Source: Rhizobiales bacterium PAR1
GTDB taxonomy: Bacteria > Pseudomonadota > Alphaproteobacteria > Rhizobiales > Beijerinckiaceae
DNA length: 64,000 nucleotides
Direction: 5' to 3'
Assembly (NCBI GenBank): GCA_002256205.1
Contig: NKIW01000011.1
Span: forward strand, 10,055 to 74,054
Below, piece after piece: positions 56,895 to 64,000 of this stretch (its first letter is position 1; every line of letters begins with the position of its first letter). The notes below the pieces were generated by a model. That model worked only from the letters and a program-made list of their open reading frames with translations. It made no database searches and was not told the origin of the DNA. The position numbers and the translations under genes are program-made.

Positions 56895-58850
56895 GTGTCC
56901 CAAATTCTTACCACCGAGGATTCCGCCCTTCCTTCCGAACCGCATGATGAGACCGTGCATGATCACGCGCCCTTCGAGCGTATGGCGCTTGTGCGCATTG
57001 CGGTGGCCATTCTGGGCGCTGCGGCTGTCTGGTTCCGCCTCTGGGAGCCCTTGCCGAGCGTCAGCGTAATCGGCGTGGCCGCGCTGGCCTTTGTCGGATG
57101 GCCTATTTTTCGCGAAGCCTTCGAGAACCTTCTCGAACGCCGGATGACGATGGAACTCTCGATGACCATCGCGATCATCGCTGCTGCCGCGATTTCGGAA
57201 TGGTTCACGGCGCTGGTGGTCTCGCTCTTTGTGCTTGTGGCGGAGGAACTGGAGCATCTCACGCTGGCGCAGGGCCGCGTCGCGATCCGCGATCTTGTCG
57301 AGTTCATCCCGCGTGAGGCCCGCGTGCGCCGGAACGGCGAGGTCGCCATGGTGCCACTCGATACGGTCGAGGCCGGCGAATTCGTGATGGTTTCTCCCGG
57401 TGAGAAAGTCCCGGTCGATGGCGCGGTGGTCGAGGGGCATTCCTATGTCGATCAGTCGCGCATCACCGGTGAAGCGATGCCTGCCGAGAAGGCAGCCGGC
57501 AGTGCGGTCTTCGCGGGCTCGATCAACCAGATGGGCGCGCTCGAGATCCGCGTCGAGAACGTCGGGCGGGACACCAGCTATGGCCGTATCATTCAGGCAG
57601 TGGAGGCCGCCGAGCAGACCCGTGCTCCAGTACAGAAGCTGGCCGACCGGCTGGCAGGCTACCTCGTTTATGTCGCTTTTGCCGCCGCCGCGCTGACCTA
57701 TTTCATCACCCGCGACATCCGCGACACCATCTCGGTGATCATCGTCGCCGGTGCCTGCGGGATCGCGGCGGGGACGCCACTAGCAATCCTCGGCGGCATC
57801 GGCCGCGCGGCCAAGCTTGGCTCGATCATCAAGGGCGGCATTCACCTCGAGACACTGGGCCGGGTCAACACCGTGGTGCTCGACAAAACCGGCACGCTGA
57901 CCCTTGGCGAACCCGCCGTGCAGGCAATCAATCCCTCGTCCGCCTTCGCGGAAAGCGACCTGCTGCGCCTCGCCGCTGCCGCGGAGTTCCATTCCGAGCA
58001 CCCGCTGGCGCGCGCAATTGTTGCGGAAGCGCTGGCGCGCGGGATCACCATCCCCGAGCCGGAGCGGTTCCACTATACGATCGGGCGCGGCATCACCGCG
58101 ATGATCGACCGCCAGCCGGTTCTCGTCGGCAACCGCAAGCTGCTCACCGAGAATGGCATCACGCCGCCGGATCGGGTCGACGGGCGCATCGGCTCGGATA
58201 TTGTCGTCGCGGCGGGCGGGGTTTATGCGGGCGAAATCGTCGTGGCGGATACGCTACGCCCCGAAGCCAAATCCGCGCTGGCGAACCTCCATGCCCTCGG
58301 CATCCATACCATTCTGCTCACCGGTGATACCCGCGCCGTGGCTGAAGCCGTGGGCAAAGAACTCGGCATCAGCGAGGTCGGCGCCGAGATGATGCCGGAT
58401 GACAAGCTCACCCGCGTAAAAGTGCTCGTTGCGAGTGGGCGGATCGTCGCGATGGTCGGTGATGGCGTCAATGATGCACCGGCTCTGACCGCCGCGAGCC
58501 TCGGCATTGCGATGGGCTCAGGCACCGATATCGCCAAGGAAAGCGCCGATGTCGTGCTGATCGGCAACCACCTCGGCAAACTCGTTGAAACGCTGCGGAT
58601 CGCACGGAAAACACGCGGAATCATCTGGCAGAATTTTGCCGGCACGCTCGGGGTGGATGCCCTCGGCATTCTTCTCGCCGCCTTCGGCTTTCTCAACCCG
58701 TTGATTGCCGCCTTCATCCACGTCGGATCGGAACTGCTGTTTATCCTCAATTCCGCGCGTTTGCTCGCGCTTGATGGCGCGCCGACGACAACCACTTTCT
58801 CTCAAACGAGCCCTGCAAAGGAGCCGGACCATGCACCCGCTGCACCGTGA
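56895..58850 (+). CDS. Heavy-metal P1B-type ATPase with a non-canonical TM4 motif (GAC)
   Basis: GTG 56895 with AAGGA RBS; ITGEAMP, VAGACGIAAGTP, DKTGTLT, SEHPLA, TGD, GDGVNDAPAL, HVGSE. Confidence 0.92.
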   Translation: MSQILTTEDSALPSEPHDETVHDHAPFERMALVRIAVAILGAAAVWFRLWEPLPSVSVIGVAALAFVGWPIFREAFENLLERRMTMELSMTIAIIAAAAISEWFTALVVSLFVLVAEELEHLTLAQGRVAIRDLVEFIPREARVRRNGEVAMVPLDTVEAGEFVMVSPGEKVPVDGAVVEGHSYVDQSRITGEAMPAEKAAGSAVFAGSINQMGALEIRVENVGRDTSYGRIIQAVEAAEQTRAPVQKLADRLAGYLVYVAFAAAALTYFITRDIRDTISVIIVAGACGIAAGTPLAILGGIGRAAKLGSIIKGGIHLETLGRVNTVVLDKTGTLTLGEPAVQAINPSSAFAESDLLRLAAAAEFHSEHPLARAIVAEALARGITIPEPERFHYTIGRGITAMIDRQPVLVGNRKLLTENGITPPDRVDGRIGSDIVVAAGGVYAGEIVVADTLRPEAKSALANLHALGIHTILLTGDTRAVAEAVGKELGISEVGAEMMPDDKLTRVKVLVASGRIVAMVGDGVNDAPALTAASLGIAMGSGTDIAKESADVVLIGNHLGKLVETLRIARKTRGIIWQNFAGTLGVDALGILLAAFGFLNPLIAAFIHVGSELLFILNSARLLALDGAPTTTTFSQTSPAKEPDHAPAAP

Positions 58851-59526
58851 AAACCATCTCGTCGAGCGCATCGGTTGGCTGCGTGCCGCGGTTCTCGGCG
58901 CCAATGACGGGATTATTTCCACCGCGAGCCTTGTGGTCGGTGTGGCTGCGGCGGCAAAATCGACCGACGAGATTTTCGTTGCCGGCGTTGCCGGGCTGGT
59001 GGCTGGCGCGATGGCCATGGCTGCCGGTGAATATGTCTCGGTGAGTTCGCAAGCCGATACCGAGCAGGCGGATATCGCCCGCGAGAAGCGCGAGCTTGCC
59101 GAAACACCCGAAGCCGAACTCAACGAGTTGACGCAGATCTACGTCTCGCGCGGTGTTGAGCCGGATCTTGCCCGCAAGGTCGCCAAGCAAATGACCGCGA
59201 AAGACGCTTTCGCCGCCCATGCGCGCGATGAACTCGGATTGTCGGACCATGGCTCGGCGCGCCCGGTTCAGGCAGCGATCACCTCGGCCATTACCTTTGC
59301 GGCCGGCGCGGCCATTCCACTGCTGATCGCGATGGCTTCCCCAATGAAAAGCATGGCCTGGACCGTATCAGGCGGCTCGCTCATCTGCCTTGCCGTGCTG
59401 GGTGCCCTCGGTGCCAGAGTCGGCGGTGCCCCGGTGCTCAGGCCGGCAGTCCGTGTGACTTTCTGGGGTGCCTTTGCCATGGCCGCGACATCAGCCATCG
59501 GCGCCATAGTCGGCCACGCGGTCTAG
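58831..59526 (+). CDS. VIT1/CCC1 family Fe/Mn transporter
   Basis: WLRAAVLGANDGIISTASL, MAAGEYVSVSSQ, E-rich AREKRELAETPEAELNELT, HARDELG; start overlaps the ATPase 3' end. Confidence 0.93.
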   Translation: MHPLHRENHLVERIGWLRAAVLGANDGIISTASLVVGVAAAAKSTDEIFVAGVAGLVAGAMAMAAGEYVSVSSQADTEQADIAREKRELAETPEAELNELTQIYVSRGVEPDLARKVAKQMTAKDAFAAHARDELGLSDHGSARPVQAAITSAITFAAGAAIPLLIAMASPMKSMAWTVSGGSLICLAVLGALGARVGGAPVLRPAVRVTFWGAFAMAATSAIGAIVGHAV

Positions 59527-60692
59527 CGCAAGGCGGTCTTGCCCGTCTCTCGCTGAAGGCGCGCGATCCCCAGAAAGCTGACCACCAGAATGCCGATGCC
59601 ATTGGCAATCAGCGTCGGCCCGAAGCCAATAGCGCTGGAGGCGATCTGAAACAGGATGGGGCCGGAGGCTATACCGAGAAACAGGAAGAATGCGTGCAGC
59701 GACACCGCCGAGGCGCGCGCTTCCGGCATCACCTCCGTCACGCGGGTTTGCAAGCCGGAATGGAGCATGTAGAACCCGAAGCCATTGATCATGAACACCA
59801 CAAGCATCGATTGCCAGCTCCATACCACCGGCATGGTGATCAGGCACAGACCCATCACCGCGCCGCCGGTCTGCATGATCCGGAACGGATCGAACCGCCG
59901 GACCATGGTCTTGACCGCCACGGTGAAAGCAAGGCCGCCGAGCCCGACGCCCGCCAGCACATAGCCCGCCTCGGTGACATCACCGAAGCCACGCGCCTTG
60001 AGAAACAGCGCGATATGCGGCGTAAAGCCGAGAACACAGAGCCCTTCGAAAAATACCGTAATGTAACAGGCGCGGGCGCGCGGATCTTTCAAAAGCGCCC
60101 GGTATGTCGCGAGCGAACGCGCTACCGAGAACGGCGGCCGGGGAATATCCGGGCGTGGCTTGATGTATTTGATCAGAAGCAGGAGGCTCGCAACGCAAAC
60201 GACCGCCGCGACCAGCAGCACGCGATGCCAATTCCACGCTTGCGCGATGGCGGCAGACAACGGCGAGGCAAAAACCTGTCCGACCATCAGTGCGACCATG
60301 AAATGGCTCATCGCGACCTGTCGCTCGGCCAACGGATAGCGATCCGCGATCAACGCGAGCGAAGCCGGAATGACTCCGCCCCCGGCAAGCCCTGCCAGAA
60401 GGCGCATCGGTAACAGGGTTGCGTAATCCGGCGCGATGGCTGCCGCGATGGTGGAGAGAGTCAGCACGATGATGCAGACCTTGAGCACCAGTGCCTTGCC
60501 GAAACTATCGCCCACCGGCCCGAGGAACGGTTGAACGAGCGCATAAGGCAGCGTGAAAGCCGGCGAGAGCATGACAACGAGATGCGGATCGACGTTGAGT
60601 TCCGTGGCGATCAACGCCGTCAACGGATCAAGAACCCGCTGGTTGAACGACACCGCGAGGCCAATACAGCCAAGCACGAGCAGGAGAGGCAT
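59523..60692 (-). CDS. MFS transporter
   Basis: About 12 TM; GPVGDSFGK (motif A), RLLAGLAGGG, ADRYPLAERQ. Confidence 0.9.
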   Translation of the reverse strand: MPLLLVLGCIGLAVSFNQRVLDPLTALIATELNVDPHLVVMLSPAFTLPYALVQPFLGPVGDSFGKALVLKVCIIVLTLSTIAAAIAPDYATLLPMRLLAGLAGGGVIPASLALIADRYPLAERQVAMSHFMVALMVGQVFASPLSAAIAQAWNWHRVLLVAAVVCVASLLLLIKYIKPRPDIPRPPFSVARSLATYRALLKDPRARACYITVFFEGLCVLGFTPHIALFLKARGFGDVTEAGYVLAGVGLGGLAFTVAVKTMVRRFDPFRIMQTGGAVMGLCLITMPVVWSWQSMLVVFMINGFGFYMLHSGLQTRVTEVMPEARASAVSLHAFFLFLGIASGPILFQIASSAIGFGPTLIANGIGILVVSFLGIARLQRETGKTALR

Positions 60693-60859
60693 GCGTCAAT
60701 TTCCCTGCCCATTCCGGGCATTCCGCGTCACAGCCACGCCGGAAAACGGTCGTATCGCAAGGCTTGATCCATTCGTATAAGTCATGGAGCGGCTATGCAA
60801 GAGCAGAAGGGCACATTTGGCCGACCATTCCTTCACAAGCCGGTGAGCCCGCGATCTTC

Positions 60860-62230
60860 TCAAGAAAGAAGCGCCTCGAAAGCCTCCGCCACCGCAAGAA
60901 CCTTCCAATCCGAACCCACCGGACCAATGATTTGCATGCCGACCGGAAGACCTAGCGAATCCTTGCCGCAGGGTATCGATATGGCCGGCGTCTGGGCGTG
61001 GTTGAACATCGGCGTCAGCACCGCATGACCGCGCGGCTCGACCGGCACGCCGCCGATGGTCGCGGGTGCGGTGCGGTCATTTTTCCAGGCCGTGCAAGGC
61101 GTTGTCAGCGAGACAAGAATGTCGTGCTCCTCGAAAAACGCACCGACATTGCGCCGGATCGTCTGGCTCGTTTCCAGCGCGGACGCGACCTCGACACCGG
61201 ACAGCGTGAAGCCTCGCTCGATCTGAACCGCAATATCCGGATCGAAAAGCTCAGGCGTCTTGCGCCATGTTGCACCATGGATGGCGGCAAGACCGGCGTG
61301 CTGGGCGGCCATCAGCATCTGCGGTGTCATATCTGCGGGCCATTGCGGCGCGGCGTGCGTGAAGGAAAACACCCCCGAGAGCTTTGCAAGGGCCCGCTCG
61401 AAGATTTCCAGCACCTCGGTATCGACCGGCGCGGCAAGCCCAAGCATCGGTGCGACCGCCATACGCAGGCTCGGCACCGAAATCGTCACTTTCGGCGCAA
61501 TCCCCCGGCTGTCCGGATCGCTGCCATCCGGCCCGGCGATCACCTCGAACAGAAGCGCAGTATCCGCTACATCGCGCGCAATCGGAGCAAGACAGGTGAT
61601 GTTCCAGAACGGCTCGGCAAAACCGTAGGGGTGGGGGATCGCGCCGTAGGTTGGCTTGAACCCAACAAGCCCGACATGCGCCGGAGGCCTTCGGCTCGAA
61701 CCGCCGCCATCCGTACCAAGACTGATTGGCGCATAACCCGCCACGACGCCCGCGACATTGCCGCCGGAGGAGCCGCCGGGTGTGCGATCCGGATGCGTCG
61801 GGTGCCGCGTGATTCCGCGCTGCGCTGTATTCGTAAAACCCTTGCAGGCAAATTCCGGGCAGGCGCCGATGCCGATGATGATCGCACCCGCGGCCTTGAG
61901 CCGCGCCACGGCCAGTGCATCGCGCGGTGGCTGGAATCCGGCAAAAAGACGCGATCCCTGCGTAATCGGCATGCCCTCGACCCAGACATTGTCCTTCACG
62001 ATAATCGGCACACCGGCGAGCAGCAGAGCTTCACCGGCCCCGATCCGCGCCTTGATGCCACCTGCCGTGGCGCGCGCTTCGGCTTCTGCAACATAGGTCA
62101 GGGCCCCAAGATCGGCATCGCGTTCCCGGATGCGCGCAAGACAGGCCTCGACAACCTCCTGCGGATCGAGCGTTCCCGCGCGCACTTCTTGAGCGATATT
62201 TCGGGCGGAAAAGGCAGTCATATCGCGCAT
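60860..62230 (-). CDS. Amidase signature family protein
   Basis: IIVKDN (Lys), TPGGSSGG (cis-Ser), LGTDGGGSSRRP (nucleophile Ser), GFKPTYG. Confidence 0.92.
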   Translation of the reverse strand: MRDMTAFSARNIAQEVRAGTLDPQEVVEACLARIRERDADLGALTYVAEAEARATAGGIKARIGAGEALLLAGVPIIVKDNVWVEGMPITQGSRLFAGFQPPRDALAVARLKAAGAIIIGIGACPEFACKGFTNTAQRGITRHPTHPDRTPGGSSGGNVAGVVAGYAPISLGTDGGGSSRRPPAHVGLVGFKPTYGAIPHPYGFAEPFWNITCLAPIARDVADTALLFEVIAGPDGSDPDSRGIAPKVTISVPSLRMAVAPMLGLAAPVDTEVLEIFERALAKLSGVFSFTHAAPQWPADMTPQMLMAAQHAGLAAIHGATWRKTPELFDPDIAVQIERGFTLSGVEVASALETSQTIRRNVGAFFEEHDILVSLTTPCTAWKNDRTAPATIGGVPVEPRGHAVLTPMFNHAQTPAISIPCGKDSLGLPVGMQIIGPVGSDWKVLAVAEAFEALLS

Positions 62231-62366
62231 GCCAAGGCCTCGCTGAACGTGTCACGTCAGCATACAAGCGGTTGACGCGAAAAGATAAGCCCCGAAATGA
62301 AGGTCTCCGATTGGCAACACAGGAAATCGCGCTACATCTCGCCCGGCCCTGCCGGAAGGAGCGACC

Positions 62367-63839
62367 ATGACAAACCGCTTGGCGCTGGAAAATACCTATG
62401 CCCGTGACCTCGAAGGCCTTTCCGTGCCGTGGAAAGGCGCAGAAGTGCCAGCACCCGGCCTTGTCCGCTTCAACAAGCTGCTGGCGGAAGAACTCGGCCT
62501 TGCCGATGCGGGACTGGAGAGTGAGGCGGGCGCGGCGATCCTCTGCGGTGCTGCCGTTCCGGAAGACACCACGCCGCTCGCGATGGCCTATGCCGGGCAT
62601 CAGTTCGGGCAGTTCTCGCCGCAACTCGGCGACGGGCGTGCGCTGCTGATTGGAGAAATCATCGACCGCAAGGGCAAGCGGCGCGATCTCCATCTCAAAG
62701 GGTCTGGCCGCACGCCGTTTTCGCGCAGCGGCGATGGAAAGGCCGCTCTCGGGCCGGTGCTGCGGGAATATCTCATCGGCGAAGCGATGCATGCGCTCGG
62801 CATCCCGACGACGCGCGCACTCGCGGCTGTGACGACCGGCGAGACCATCTACCGGGATCGCCTTGTGCCCGGTGCGGTGCTGACTCGCGTGGCGGCGAGC
62901 CATATCCGGGTTGGAACCTTCCAGTTCTTCGCGGCGCGCGGTGAGGCGGAGAAGGTTCAACGGCTGATGGACTACACCATCGCGCGGCACTACCCTGATC
63001 TCACTGGCATGCCGGATCGCGCGATCAGATTACTCGAACGGGTCTGCGAGAGGCAGGCACGGCTCATCGCACAGTGGATGCTCGTCGGTTTCGTTCACGG
63101 CGTCATGAACACGGATAACATGGCGATCTCAGGCGAAACGATCGATTACGGCCCCTGCGCCTTCCTCGATACCTACGATCCGGCGATGATGTTCAGCTCG
63201 ATTGATCATGGCGGACGCTATGCCTATGGCCGCCAGCCCGCCATAGCCCAGTGGAATCTCGCGCGCTTTGCCGAAACGCTGATCGATCTGATCAACCCGG
63301 ATGATTCCGATGCCGCGATTGAGGGGGCGAGTGCCGTCATCACCGATTTCGGCGGCCGCTATCGGGACGCCTGGCTCACAGGCATGCGCGCCAAACTCGG
63401 ACTGAAGCAGGCCCACGACGCCGACGCCGACCTGGCCGAAGCGTTGCTCGGGCTAATGCCGGCGAAGCGCGTCGATTTCACGCAGCTTTTTCGTGCGCTG
63501 GGCGAGGCGGCGGCGGGCAACCCTGAACCGGCGCGGGCGCTGTTTTCAGAACCCGACGCGTTCGACAAATGGCTCGCTCGCTGGCAGACGCGGCTTGCAC
63601 AGGAACCTGTCGCACCAACCGAGCGCCGTGACGCCATGAATGCCGTGAACCCGGTCTATATCCCGCGCAATCACCATGTCGAAGCCGCGCTTGAAGCCGC
63701 AATCGCCGGAGACCTGGCGCCGTTCGACCGCCTCCTCGCTGTTCTGCAGGCGCCTTTCACGGTACAGGACGGCGCGGAGACTTATGCCCTGCCGGCACCT
63801 GCCGATTATGGCCCCTACCGCACCTTCTGCGGAACCTGA
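62367..63839 (+). CDS. selO: Protein adenylyltransferase SelO (YdiU)
   Basis: YAGHQFG..SPQLGDGRA, LKGSGRTPFSR.GDG, GFVHGVMNTDN, IDYGPCAF, NPVYIPRNH, TFCGT C-terminus. Confidence 0.95.
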   Translation: MTNRLALENTYARDLEGLSVPWKGAEVPAPGLVRFNKLLAEELGLADAGLESEAGAAILCGAAVPEDTTPLAMAYAGHQFGQFSPQLGDGRALLIGEIIDRKGKRRDLHLKGSGRTPFSRSGDGKAALGPVLREYLIGEAMHALGIPTTRALAAVTTGETIYRDRLVPGAVLTRVAASHIRVGTFQFFAARGEAEKVQRLMDYTIARHYPDLTGMPDRAIRLLERVCERQARLIAQWMLVGFVHGVMNTDNMAISGETIDYGPCAFLDTYDPAMMFSSIDHGGRYAYGRQPAIAQWNLARFAETLIDLINPDDSDAAIEGASAVITDFGGRYRDAWLTGMRAKLGLKQAHDADADLAEALLGLMPAKRVDFTQLFRALGEAAAGNPEPARALFSEPDAFDKWLARWQTRLAQEPVAPTERRDAMNAVNPVYIPRNHHVEAALEAAIAGDLAPFDRLLAVLQAPFTVQDGAETYALPAPADYGPYRTFCGT

Positions 63840-63841
63840 CT

Positions 63842-64000
63842 TCAGGCAGGCATCCAGACCGTTTCGGGATCGAGCGGGAAAATCGGTCGTCGCACCCGCG
63901 TATACGGCAGCTTCGTGAGGTCGGGCGTGCAAAGCGCACCGCTGTCGCAAACCATAACCTTGCCGGCGATGGGTTCGAAGGCTGCGCGGAAATGCTGCAT
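63842..64000 (-). CDS. C-terminus of an MlrC/M81-family metallopeptidase (partial)
   Basis: Manual translation MQHFRAAFEPIAGKVMVCDSGALCTPDLTKLPYTRVRRPIFPLDPETVWMPA*; HFRAAF and RRPIFPLD match the MlrC C-terminal pattern. Confidence 0.75.
   Translation of the reverse strand: MQHFRAAFEPIAGKVMVCDSGALCTPDLTKLPYTRVRRPIFPLDPETVWMPA

Noticed and set aside
63825-63845. Possible selenocysteine readthrough at the selO TGA
   Set aside because: The protein already ends in the normal Cys-containing TFCGT; the TGA is the true stop, 2 bp from a convergent gene, with no SECIS-like room.

Overview
A 64-kb, GC-rich, gene-dense segment of an alphaproteobacterial (Rhizobiales/Hyphomicrobiales-like) repABC replicon, probably a megaplasmid or chromid. 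The centre (32.1-36.8 kb) is a complete replication/partition core: repA-repB-repC, a ctRNA with its promoter, two copies of a 16-bp parS-like palindrome and a Phd-VapC toxin-antitoxin pair that abuts a decayed esterase gene. The left arm carries a Dpp-type ABC transporter, an IclR/Liv/SDR/KstD-like catabolic cluster, a 13-gene GntR-led operon (C-C lyase, amidase, Liv ABC, two MmgE/PrpD proteins, flavoprotein, cyclic amidohydrolase, NIPSNAP) and TctABC. The right arm carries korCAB, a Pot-like ABC transporter, a 2-aminoethylphosphonate-type ABC transporter, a Na/Pi cotransporter, a gamma-glutamylation trio (GS-like, ALDH, Fe-ADH), a P1B-ATPase/VIT1 pair, an MFS transporter, an amidase, selO and the end of an MlrC-like gene. 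The two strongest candidates for something undescribed are (i) a P1B-ATPase with a non-canonical GAC metal motif, coupled to a VIT1/CCC1 gene behind an Irr (ICE)-like box, which would be a putative two-component iron export module, and (ii) the orphan 13-gene catabolic operon. No CRISPR array, tRNA, rRNA or transposase was seen. All functional calls come from motif recognition by eye; no database searches were run.
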